Shown piece after piece: positions 48,847 to 60,383 of a stretch of 64,000 bases of DNA. The notes below the pieces were generated by a model. The model ran no database searches. It worked only from the letters and a program-made list of their open reading frames with translations, and had not been told where the DNA came from. Made by a program: the position numbers and the translations under genes. Position 1 is the stretch's first letter. The number at the start of each line of letters is the position of its first letter. This stretch comes from Squalus acanthias (lineage: Eukaryota), in assembly GCA_030390025.1 (NCBI GenBank), contig CM059432.1:146074001-146138000 (forward strand). The letters run 5' to 3'.

Positions 48847-49068
48847 ATTTACAGTGAAGCTGGTTTCAAATTTCAGATCCAGAGCAGTGATCTTTTGTTC
48901 AAATTGAGGATATTTTCTTTTGGATTTGATTGTCACATTGTAGATGGGGTCCACAGGAGTATGAGTGCGCACCAAACTTTTTAACTGCTTCAGCAGATTT
49001 TTCTTGGCATCGTCAACGATTTCAAATGTCCCCGTTTCCTTGTTAAACCAAATTGGCTTTGGAAAACT
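48847..49068 (-). CDS. RGS22: RGS22 coding exon (222 nt, phase 0/0): SFPKPIWFNKETGTFEIVDDAKKNLLKQLK...PIYNV...SFTVN
   Basis: Acceptor tttatttcgcAG, donor GTaggt; peptide resembles the remembered N-terminal region of human RGS22 (F..AIRFN...G.FE...DA...L.KQLK......P..PIY.V). Confidence 0.85.
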
Positions 49069-49219
49069 CTGCGAAATAAAAAGTGAATGCGTATTTAATA
49101 CATCAAAACAGAGCAATTACTTTCCTCCAAATAGGTTGCCAACTCACCAGCATTGTCCTGGAGTTTCCACAAATTAAAGATTAATCCCCTGGGCACTGTT
49201 GAGAACAACCCAGGTGAAA

Positions 49220-49650
49220 TTGGGCTTATACTCACTGGAGTATAGAAGAATGAGAGGGGATCTCATCGAAACATATAAAATTCTGACAGGTCTGGACAAA
49301 CTAGATGCAGAAGAATGTTCCTGATGGTCGGAGAGTCCAGAACCAGGGGTCATAATCTAAGGATAAGGGGTAAGCCATTTAGGACAGAAATGAGGAAGAA
49401 TTTCTTCACCCAGAGAGTGGTGAACCTGTGGAATTCTCTACCACAGAAGGTAGTTGAGGCCAAGTCATTAAATATATTCAAGAATGAGTTAGATATATTT
49501 CTTAAAGCTAAAGGTATCAAGGGATATGGGGAGAAGGCAGGTACAGGGTACTGAGTTTGGATGATCAGCCATGATCTCATCGAATGGCGGAGCAGGCTCG
49601 AGGGGCCGAATGGCCTACTCCTGCTCCTATCTTCTATGTTTCTATGTTTC
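49220..49650 (+). mobile_element. CR1 3' end
   Basis: ORF 49315..49554 and (TTCTATG)n tail. Confidence 0.88.
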
Positions 49651-49819
49651 TAAAATCATTGGGGCATTAAAAAAGTGTTTCTTTAATTTTCTTTGAAAAC
49701 TTTTGTTTATTAGTTGGAAAAATATTGGAGAATGGAAACAAAGGCTGTTTGACTGAGCAAGACGGTTGGAGACTGAAGATACAATAGCAAAATACTGCGA
49801 ATGCTGGAAATCTGAAATA

Positions 49820-50855
49820 ACAACAGTGGTGGGTAAAGTTTTAGAAACAATAATCAAGGAAAAAATTAACGAGCACTTGGAGTGGTTTAAGCTAATTAAG
49901 GAGAGCCAACACGGATTTGTAAAAGGAAGATCGTGTTTGACTGATCTAATTGAATTTTTTGATGAAGTAACAGGGAGGATCGATGAAGGGAATGCAATGG
50001 ATGTTGTCTACATGGATTTTAGGAAGGCGTTTGACAAAGTACCACATAGTAGGCTGGTTAACAAAATTGAGGCTCCTGGAAAAGGTGGGTCAGTGGCAGC
50101 TTGGATAAGAAATTGGCTTAATGATAGAAAACAGCGAGTTGTGGTAAATGATTGTTTTTCAGACTGGAGGATGGTAGACAGTGGTGTTCCACAAGGGTCA
50201 GTGCTGGGGCCACTGCTTTTTTTGATATATATAAATGACCTGGATATTGGAATACAGAGTAGAATTTCTAAATTTGCCGATGACACCAAACTTGGCAAAC
50301 AGTGAGGATGATACCAATCGACTGCAGCAGGACATAGAAAGGCTAGCAGAATGGGCAGACAAGTGGCAGATGGAATTTAATACAGAGAAGTGTGAGGTGA
50401 TGCATTTTGTCAGAAGGAATAGGGAGAGGCAATATACACTTAATGGCACAGTTTTAAAGAGTGTGCAGGGACAGAGGGACCTGGGAGTTAATGTGCATAG
50501 GTCCCTGAAGGTGGCGGGACATATTGAGAGAGCGGTTAGCAAAGCATATGGGATCTTGGGCTTCATAAATAGAGGTATTGAGTACAAAAGTAGAGAAGTT
50601 ATGCTGAACCTTTATAAAGCGCTGGTTAGGCCACAACTGGAGTATTGTGTCCAGTTCTGTTCACCACACTTTAGGAAGGATGTGAAGGCACTTGAGAGGG
50701 TGCAGAGGAGATGTACCAGAATGGCACTTGAGGGAAATAAACTTGCAGGGCTATGGGGACAGAGCGGGGCAATGGGACTGACTGGATTGCTCTACAGAGA
50801 ACCGGCATGGACTCGATGGGCCGAATGGCCTCCTTCTGTGCCATTATGACTCTAT
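49820..50855 (+). mobile_element. CR1 RT region with internal deletions
   Basis: [25 protein letters not shown] (ORFs 49766..50305, 50235..50849). Confidence 0.9.
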
Positions 50856-51702
50856 GGGCTCGATTTTCCAAGCCCCGAGGAGGCGGGATTGGAGGCGTGT
50901 GAGGTGGTAAAATCGGAGAAATTGGGGGCGGGTGGCACACCTGCCCCCATCCTGCCTCCGTGCCCTTTTGCCAGGAGGCGGGAGGATGTGCAGCTTCGGG
51001 TCCCGTCTCCTGGAGGCAGGAAAGGCTTTTAATCCTTTCAACTGCCTGTTAACAGGTAGTTAACAGGCAGAAAAAGGGATTAGTGCCATTTTACCTTCAC
51101 AGGTGAAGGCTTTCCGACCTCGGAGAACCCCGCCGGGTTGGAGGAGACATGGAGGAGGTCTGCGGGCGGTCGGAGGCACCTGGAAGTAAGGTGTAGAGCT
51201 GAGTGATGGGTGCAAGTGTGGAGTGGTAAGTATGCAAGGTGAGTGATAAGTTTAAAAAAGTGTTCACTTACCTTTTTTTACCTCTGCAGCCTTTAGCCAT
51301 GCTGGATTGGGAGAGCGGACATCCTCCTTGTCAATTTCAGGTAATGGCTGTTGGACCCTCCGATCCATCAAACATCTGAAATTTACTTTTTCACAATGTT
51401 TTTTCAGTCCTCACCACAAAAACGAATCAAACTCAAGAGAATGTCAGTGTTTGACAGCTTCACAGAGCTGTCAAACGCTGTCATTTCTTCTTTCAAGAAG
51501 TCTTAACAGATAGCATGTCTGACGTTGACGTGATCTGTCAGTGACTTCTTCCCTAATTGGCTTGCTGAGCCCGCAGGGTGGGCTTAACAAGCTCAATCAG
51601 GGGAAAATCCCTCTGGTTGGTCAGGCGAGGATGGAGGTGGGACATTGACACGACAAGCAGCAGTCCCACCTCCAAGTCGCCTCCATTGACAAAATCCAGC
51701 CC
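50856..51702 (+). mobile_element. MITE family A, copy 2
   Basis: TIRs GGGCTCGATTTT / AAAATCCAGCCC, TAT duplication. Confidence 0.88.
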
Positions 51703-51711
51703 TATGCCTCT

Positions 51712-51860
51712 ATAAAATGCTGGAAACACTCAGCAGGTCAGGCAGCATCGAAGAGAGAGAAACAGAGTCAATGTTTCGAGTCGGGGACCCTTCGTCAGAA
51801 CTGGAAAAGGTTAGAGAAGAGAGATTTTTAAGCAGGGGCAGGGAGGAAAGATCATGTGAT
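51712..51860 (-). repeat. Penelope-type terminal repeat with hammerhead-like core (51766-51802)
   Basis: Minus strand AGTT-CTGACGA-AGGGTCCCCGACTC-GAAA-CATT-GACT. Confidence 0.65.
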
Positions 51861-52149
51861 GAACCGCTAGAAATACATCCAACCAGAGTTGGCAACACTA
51901 CCTCCAAAGTTTGGGGCACATTCATTCATTCCTTTTTCTGGTTCTTTGGCAAAGACTACTTTATAGCTGTTATGTGTTGGACATCGCGGAGAGTTAAAGA
52001 ATTAACAGTCGAACTTCTTTGTATCATGGTGAAATAGACTTTCCAATATAAACAAGTTGGCTTTAAAGTGTCATGAAAGGAATGCATAGCTTGTCTTCTG
52101 ATATGAAAAGTGCTTGTGTAAAGAAATACATGACAGTAATGACATCAGA

Positions 52150-53425
52150 CATGAGTGATTAAAGTAAGCTATCCCTCCTCGTTCTTCTCGACTTGTCTTG
52201 CAGCCTTTGATATGGTCGACCACTCCATCCTCCTCCAACGCCTCTCCACCGTCGTCCAGCTGGGTGGGACTGCACTCGCCTGGTTCCATTCTTATCTATC
52301 TAATCGTAACCAGAGAATCACCTGCAACAGCTTCTCTTCCCGCTCCTGCATCGTTACCTCTGGTGTCCCCCAAGGATCTATCCCTGGCCCCCTCCTATAT
52401 CTCATCTACATGTTGCCCCTTGGCGACATCATCCGAAAACACAGCGTCAGTTTCCACATGTATGCTGACGACACCCAGCTCTACCTCACTACCTCTTCTC
52501 TCAACCCCTCCACGGTCTCTAAATTGTCAGACTGCTTGTCCGACATACAGTTCTGGATGAGCAGAAATTTTCTCCAATTAAATATTGGGAAGACCGAAGC
52601 CGTTGTTTTCGGTCCCCGCCACAAACTCCGTTCCCTAGCCACTAACTCCATCCCTCTCCCTAACATCTGTCTGAGGCTGAACCACACGGTTCGCAACCTT
52701 GGTGTCATATTTGACCCTGAAATGAGCTTCCGACCACATATCCGCAGCATAACTAAGACCGTCTATTTCCACCTCCATAACAGCACCTGTCTCCGCCCCT
52801 GGCTCAGCACATCTGCTGCTGAAACCCTCATCCATGCCTTTGTTATCTCCAGACTTGACTATTCCAATGCACTCCTGGCTGGCCTCCCCTGCTCTAGCCT
52901 ACGTAAACTTGAGGTCATCCAAATCTCGGCTGCCCGTGTGCTAACTCGCACCAAGTCCCGTTCGCCCATCACCCCTGTGCTTGCTGATCTACATTGGCTC
53001 CCGGTTAAGCAAACCCTCGATTTTAAAATTCTCATCCTTGTTTTCAAATCCCTCCATGGCCTCGCCCCTTCCTATCTCTGTAATCTCCTCCAGCCTCACA
53101 ACTCCCCGAGATATCTGCGCTCCTCTAATTCTGGCCCCCTGAGCATCCCCGATTATAATCGCTCAACCATTGGTGGCCATGCCTTCAGCTGCCTATGCCC
53201 TAAGCTCTGGAATTCCCTCCCTAAACCTCTCCGCCTCTCTACCTCCCTTTCCTCCTTTCAGACGCTCCTTAAAACCTACCTCTTTGACCAAGTTTTTGGT
53301 CACCTGCCCTAATTTATCCTTATGTGGCTCGGTGTCAAATTTTTGTCTTATAACACTCCCGTGAAGTGCCTTGGGATGCTGTACTATGTTAAATGCGCTA
53401 TATAAATTCAAGTTATTGTTGTTTA
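52150..53425 (+). mobile_element. Young 5'-truncated L2 LINE with an uninterrupted 385-codon frame (RT and C terminus)
   Basis: AAFDMVDH, GVPQGS, YADD; same tail as other L2 copies. Confidence 0.92.
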
Positions 53426-54376
53426 ACTTTAGTGGCTAGGGTAATAAACATAGATAAAGGTATTCATTAGCTATAGTATAGAAAGATAATGGTTGATAAA
53501 GCCTGTTCTTCAAAGAGGTTGGGAACAGTTACATCAGGAAGTCTTGTTTCAGAAAAGTAGCTTTGGAGTAAACAAGTACAACTGTTTACGTGAATAGATA
53601 CATCATGAGGTCTTATGTATGAAATGTGCCTTTGATGTAGGCAAAATATAATGTATAAAGGAGCATGGTTTTCAACATTTCTTCCGAGCGCTCAAATGAT
53701 ACAGAAACCGAAAAGCTGCCTCTCTATATACAATTAGGCTGATCACTGTGCTATACACCAATAAAGTCTGTTCTGTATACTACACTATGAAGTGTCTTGT
53801 ACTTACTCGAAATGTGTTGTTGTGAACCATAGAAGGGAGGAGGTTGACTGCTAACATATTGTTAAATACATGTCAAACCTTTGAAATGCATATCTTGTGG
53901 CACTGCACATCTTTATAAGGACATAAGAAAAAAGACAGCATGGAATGAGAAAGGCTCATAAAACCTGGTATTCCACAGACCATGTAAAATTTGTACTTTC
54001 AATGGAACAATCTGCATAAATACTCCCCGATCTCCAAAGGTAGTGTAATAAAACTCCATCCCTACGTTGCCACAATTCAAATCCTGGCTAGCCACCCTCC
54101 ACAGACCACATCCCCAGTCCCAGCAGTGTAGGAAGCACTTGTTCATTTCATACTATACCTATCTCTATAGCCTCCAATATCATCCCTAACCAGATATTTA
54201 ACTAATTCTTATAAAGGAGTTAATCAACACAGCATCAACTAACTTTGATGAGATTCCGATCCATAAATCCACTTCAATTTCACCCGAGCCTTGTTAATTG
54301 GGTGTCACAAGTCTGAGAACTCAACAAGTAATAGTTACACTTGGGAGAAATTAATAACCTTTTTTAATTAGAATTA

Positions 54377-54536
54377 AAATGAGAAGTCGCACAACACCAG
54401 GTTATAGTCCAACAGATTTATTTAATTTTTTAAAATTTTAAATTTTAAAATTAAATAAATCTGTTGGACTATAACCTGGTGTTGTGCGACTTCTCATTTT
54501 TGTCCACCCCAGTCCAACGCCGGCATCTCCACATCA
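54377..54536. mobile_element. Penelope-type insertion with inverted terminal repeat
   Basis: Inverted arms of about 54 bp around an AT-only spacer; 12-bp TSD TAATTAGAATTA (54365-54376, 54537-54548). Confidence 0.75.
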
Positions 54537-54715
54537 TAATTAGAATTAGATTTGTATGCAGAGCAGCTGGTTTCCAGCTAACCATTTCAATCTAGATTCT
54601 TGCCGAAAGATAACTCCCAATCCAATCTACCCGTCAGAAATTTTCTCACTCCAGACTCTAATCCCAGCTAAACCACACTACAGATTCTATCCTCCAGTTA
54701 ACTCAGTCAAGCCTC

Positions 54716-55682
54716 TTGGGTACGGTAGCATAGTGGTTATGTTACTGGACTAGTAATCCAGTCTAGACCTAGACTAATAATCTGTATGAGACATGGAGGT
54801 CAAATCCCACCATGGCAGTTTGTGAAGTTGAATTCAATTAATTAAATAAATCTAGAATAAAAAGCTAGCATTAATAATGGTGACCATGAAGCTATCAGAT
54901 TGTCATAAAAACCCAACTTGTTCACTACTGTCCTTTAGGGAAGGAAATATGCCCTGCTTACTAGATATGACTCTTGCCACAGCAATGTGGTTGAATCGTA
55001 ACTGCTCTCTGAAATGGCCCAGCAAGCCACTCAGTTGTATCAAACCGCTACAAAAAAGTATAATAAGAATAAAACCAGACAGACTAGCCGACATTGAGCT
55101 AAGCATCAGATTCGGACATGACAAAGGCACACCCAGCCCAGTCAACCCTGTAAAGTCTTCCTAACTAACAAGTGGGGACTTGTGCCAAAATTGGGACAGC
55201 TGTTCCATAGACTAGTCAAGCAACAACCTGACATAGTCATACTCATAAAATCATACCAATCAGCCATGCCACGTCACCGACTCCTTCATCCCCATCCCTG
55301 TGTATTTCCTTTTCCACCAGCATGACAGAAATGGTAGCACAGATATGCAGTTGGGAGGGAGTGGCTGTGGGAGTCCTGAACATTGACTCCGGACCCCATG
55401 AAGTCTCATGGCATCAGGTCAACTATGGGCAAGGAAACTTCCTGCTGATTACCACCTGGCGCCCTCCCTCAGATGAATCAGTACTCTACCATATTGAACA
55501 TCACTTGGAAGAAGCACTGAGAGCAGCAAGGGCACAGAATGGGGGACTTTAATGTCCATTGCCAGCAGTGGCTCGGTAGCACCGCTACTGACCGAGTTGG
55601 CCGAGTCCTGAGGGACGTGGCTGCCAGACTGAGCTTGCGGCAGGTGATGAGAGAACCAGCACGAGGGTAAAACCTACATTTT
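54716..55682 (+). mobile_element. tRNA-headed sequence running into a LINE AP-endonuclease region
   Basis: A box TAGCATAGTGG (54726), B box GGTCAAATCCC (54798); from about 55160 N..GL...KQQPDIVIL, then RPP and GDFN (55542). Confidence 0.65.
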
Positions 55683-55683
55683 A

Positions 55684-56850
55684 AAATTTGTTCCAGGGAT
55701 GTGGGCGTCGCTGGCAACACCAGCATTTATTGCCCTTCCCTAGTTGCCCTAGAGAAGGTGGTGGTGAGCCGTATTCTTGAATCGCTGCAGTCCGCGTGGT
55801 GAAGGTACTCCCATAGCACTGTTAGGGAGGGAGTTCCAGGATTTTGAACCAGCGACTATGAAGGATTGGCAATCTATTTCCAAATCAGGATGGAGTGTGA
55901 CTTAGAGGGGAACTTGGAGTTGATGTCATTCCCATGCGCCTGCTGCCCTTGTCCTTCTAGGTGGTAGAGGTCATGGGTTTGGGAGGTGCTGTTGAAGAAG
56001 CCTTGGCGAGATGCTGCAGTGCATCTTATAGATGGTACACACTGCAGCTACGGTACGCCGGTGGTGGAGGGAGTGAATGTTTAAGGTGGTGGATGGGGTG
56101 CCAATCAAGCGGGCTGCTTTGTCCTGGATGGTGTCAAGCGGGTGGAAAGGCTTTGGGGAGTCAGGAGGTGAGACACTTGCCACAGAATACCCAGCCTCTG
56201 ACCTGCTCTTGTAACCACAGTATTTATGTGGCTGGTCCAGTTAAGTTTCTGGTCAATGGTGACCCCCAAGATGTTGATGTTGGGGTATTCAGTGATGGTA
56301 ATGCCATTGAATGTCAAGGGGCGGTGGTTAGAAGCTCTCCTGTTGGAGATAGTCATTGCCTGGCACTTGTGTGGCACGAATGTTACTTGCCACTTATCAT
56401 CCCAAGCCTGAATGTCGTCCAGGTCTTGCTGCATGCGGGCAAAGACTGCTTCATTATCTGAGGAGTTGTGAATGGAACTGAACACTGTGCAATCATCAGC
56501 GAACATACCCCTTTCTGACCTTATGATGGAGGGAAGGTCATTGATGAAGCAGCTGAAGATGCTTGGGCCTAGGACACTGTCCTGAGGAACTCCTGCAGTG
56601 ATGTCCTGGGGCTAAGATGATTGGCCTCCAATAACCACAACCATCTTCCTTTGTGCTAGGTATGACTCTCCAGCCATTGGAGAGCGTTTCCCCTGATTCC
56701 CATTGATTTCAATTTTATTAGGGCTCCTTGATGCCACACTCAGTCAAATGCTGCCTTGATGTCAAGGGCAGTCACTCTCACCTCACCTCTGGAATTCAGC
56801 TCTTTTGACCATGGCTGTAATGAGGTCTGGAGCCGAGTGGTCCTACCGGA
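55684..56850 (-). mobile_element. CR1/L2-group LINE RT and 3' end (same family as 24135-25000)
   Basis: MFADDCTVF...QQDLDDIQAW..KWQVTF; shared 3' UTR AATAAATGCTGG. Confidence 0.85.
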
Positions 56851-56869
56851 CCTCATCATGACCTCAACC

Positions 56870-57455
56870 TCATCAAGACGCAGCTGTCCATGACAGTATT
56901 GGTAGGAGTGACCAAAACACAGTCCTTGTGGAGACGAAGTCTCCTCTCCATCGTGTTGTGTAGCTCTGCCACAGTGCTAAATGGGATAGATTCAGAACAG
57001 ATCTTGCATCACAAAACTGGGCATCCATGAGGCACTGTGGGCCATCAGCAGCAGCAGAATTGTACTCCACCAGAATCAGTAACCTCATGGCCCAGCATAT
57101 CCCTCACTATAACATTACTATCAAGCCAGGCGACCAACCCTGGTTCAATGAAGAGTGCAGAAGAATATGGCAGGAGGAGCACCAGACTTAACTAAAAATG
57201 AGATGCCAACCTGGTGAAGCTACAACAGAGCTCCAACATGCACGCTAAACCGCAGAAGCAACATGCTGTAGACAGAGCTAAGCAATCCCACAACAAACGG
57301 ACCAGCTTAAAGCTCTGTAGTCTTACGACATCCAGTCGTGAATGGTGGAACACCAAAACCTAACAGCTCTCTGGGAGTACCTTCACCATACGAACTGAAG
57401 CGGTTCAAGAAGGCAGCTCACCACCACCTTCTCAAGGGCGACTAAGGATGGACAA
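56870..57455 (+). mobile_element. Continuation of the + strand LINE of 54716 (linker region and 3' end, internally deleted)
   Basis: SDQ/H remnant, DQPWFNEECRR motif, tail matching 24850-24945. Confidence 0.7.
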
Positions 57456-57485
57456 TGGTCAAATGTCACAAATTCCATTAGCCTT

Positions 57486-58015
57486 TTAAATTACTTTTTG
57501 TACCTGACGACTACATTTTAGTGATCTGTGTACATGGACCCCTAAATCTCTTTGGACCTCCACCATTCCTAGCTTTTCACCATTAAAAAACACAGATCTG
57601 TCCTTTTTTGGTCCGAAATCGATGACCTCACACTTATTTGCACTGAATTCCATCTGCCACAGTTTTGCCCACTCACTTAATATATCAACGTCTCTGTAAT
57701 TTAAGCTCCTGTCTACACTATTTACTATGCTACCCATCTTTGAGTCATCGGCAAACTTGGATATATGGCTCTCTATTGCATTATCTAAGCTGTCATTAAA
57801 TATATTGAATAGATGAGGTCCCAGCACAAACCCTTGTAGGACACCACTAATCACTTCCTTCAAATTCAAGTGCATACTCAGTATCCCTACTCATTAACCA
57901 ATCTCCTAACCAGGTCAATAATTTGCCTTCAATTCCATGAGCTTTAATTTTAGCGAACAGTCTCTTATGCAGAACCTTATCAAATGCCTTCTAGAAGTCC
58001 ATATAAATTACATCT
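57486..58015 (-). mobile_element. CR1 RT fragment
   Basis: ORF 57486..57875 GVLQGFVLGP, KFADD. Confidence 0.85.
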
Positions 58016-58169
58016 TTGAACTAGTAAGACGGGGGGAGGGATCTACAAGAAATGAAACAAGCCTAAATATAAACAAAACAGGAAAGGAGAGCATAGGACT
58101 AAACTAAGGAAAGACATAAATGGCCTGGGAATAAAAAAAGTTATAAAACAGGAGTGTAATAAGATGGCT

Positions 58170-59960
58170 AAAAATAAAGTGAGAGGAAATGCTATTAAAA
58201 ATGAGTTAAAAAGTCTGTACAGCAATGCACACAGTGTCTGTAAGAAAACAGGGGAACTGGAAGCAATAATACGTTGCGAGGAACCAGATATAATAAGGAT
58301 TACTGAGACGTGGCTACAGAAAAATCAGGACTGGGAATTAAACATTGCAGGGTATAACATATTTAGGGCTGGATTTTGTGAATGGAGATGAGTTGGAGGC
58401 AGGACTGCTGCTTGTTGTGTCAATATCCCGCCTCCATCCTCGTCTGACCAACCAGAGGGATTTTCCCCTGCGGGCTCAGCAGTCCAATTAGGGAGGAAGT
58501 CACGGACAGAGCATGTCAACGTCAGACGTGCTATCTGTCAAGACTTCTTGAAAGAAGAAATGTCAGCGTTTGACAGCTCTGTGAAGCTGTCAAACACTGA
58601 CATTCTCTGTAGTTTGATGAGCTCTTGTGTTCAGGACTCATCAAACCTTTCAACTTTGTCGATTCACATGGCTGTTGGTTCAGAGGATCCAACAGCCAGT
58701 CTGTGAAATCGACAAGGAGGATGTCGGGTCTCCCGATCCAGGGTGGATGAAGGCTGTAGGAAGAAAACAAGATAAGTGAACATTTTTTTACACTTATCAC
58801 TCACCTTACATACTTACCACTCCACACTTGCACCCATCACTCACCTCTACATCTTACTTCCAGTTGCCTCCGACCGCCGCAGACCTCCTTCACGTCTCCT
58901 CCAACCCGACGGCGATCTCCGAGGTCGGGAAGCCTTCACCTGTGAAGGTAAAATGGCACTAATCCTTTTTCCTGCCTGTTAACTACCTGTTAACAGGCAG
59001 TTAAAAGGATTAAATGCCTTTCCCACCTCCAGGAGACGGGGCCCGAAGCAGCACATCTTCCCGCCTCCTGGTAAAAGGGCACAGAGGCGGGATGGGGGCA
59101 GGTTTGCCATCCGCCCCCACTTTCTGCTACTTTACCAGCAGTCCCGCCTCCATGCCCGCCTCCTCGGGGCTTGGAAAATCCAGCCCTGAGAAACGATAGA
59201 GAGGGAAACGGGGGAGGTAGAGTAGCTGTACTTCCTGGAGATAACATAATGGCAGTATAAAAAGTGATGGAGCTATCAGTAAGACTGAAATACAATGCAT
59301 GTGGATCGAGATAAAAGATAATAAAGGATCAATCACACTAATAGGGGTAGAATACAGACCCCCTAGTAATGGAAGGGGGGGTGGGTAGAGGAAGAACACA
59401 TGCAAACAAGTTAGGGAAATGAGTAAAAACATAGAATAATAATCATGGGGGATTTCAACTACCCTGAAATTAATTGTCCAGAAGAGGTGGGTAAAAGGGA
59501 TAAGGGAATGGAGTTCCTACAATGTATACAGGACTCCTTTCCAACCCACTATGTAAGAAACCCAACGAGGGAGGATTCGCTAATGGATCTAGTAATGGAG
59601 AATGAATCAGAGAAGATAAGAGAAGTAAAAGTAGGGGAACATCTAGGCAATAGTGACCATAATAAAATACGCTTTAAGATAATAATTGAGAACGACGTAA
59701 GCATGACAAAGACCAGGGTAATAGATTGGAGAAAAGTCGATTTTGAGGGGCTGAGAATAGAACTTGGGGAAAATAAAATGGACAACAATATTGGCAAAAA
59801 ATGATGTAGGATAGCAATGGGAAACATTTAAAATGGTGTTCAACAGAGTCTAGGAAAAATATATTCTACTAAAAAACAAGATCTAAACATAATGAGACAC
59901 CATGGATGAATAAAGACATAAGGGAAAAATTGAGGGTAAGGAAAGAGGCATACGCTAAGT
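58170..59960 (+). mobile_element. CR1 ORF2 5' part (endonuclease) split by MITE A copy 3
   Basis: LYSNAHS, ITETW, YRPP, GDFN, SDH motifs on both sides of the MITE. Confidence 0.85.
58366..59186 (-). mobile_element. MITE family A, copy 3
   Basis: TIRs GGGCTGGATTTT / AAAATCCAGCCC, flanks TTA/TGA; reverse complement of copies 1 and 2. Confidence 0.88.
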
Positions 59961-60383
59961 ACATGCGCAGAATACGAAGAGATTCATTTGGCCCGTTTGC
60001 GCCAGCCGTTAATGCCGGTTTGGATGAAAAAAATGGCGGCTGCCTCGCTTCTGCCCACTTCTGGCGCGGAATTGGACGGCCGCCATTTTGGGCAGGTCGG
60101 CAGCGCTGCCATTGCCTGCGCTTGCTCTAGATATGGAAGTGAGTCAGTTTGTGACATCAAGCAGCGTGCAACGCTGAATTGATGCACAATCTGGTATTAT
60201 GGACGTCGCCGCTCCTTTTAACACCCTCTCCAAAGCAAGCACAGCAGAACATGCGTGTAGCTGTACAACAGACCCCCACCAGCGCTTCTTAAAGGAACAA
60301 ACACACAACTTTCACTTAAGTTTAGATTTTTGCTTTTGTACTGGTTTCTTTACATTTTATTGGAGTAGTGGCTTGGTGTAATT

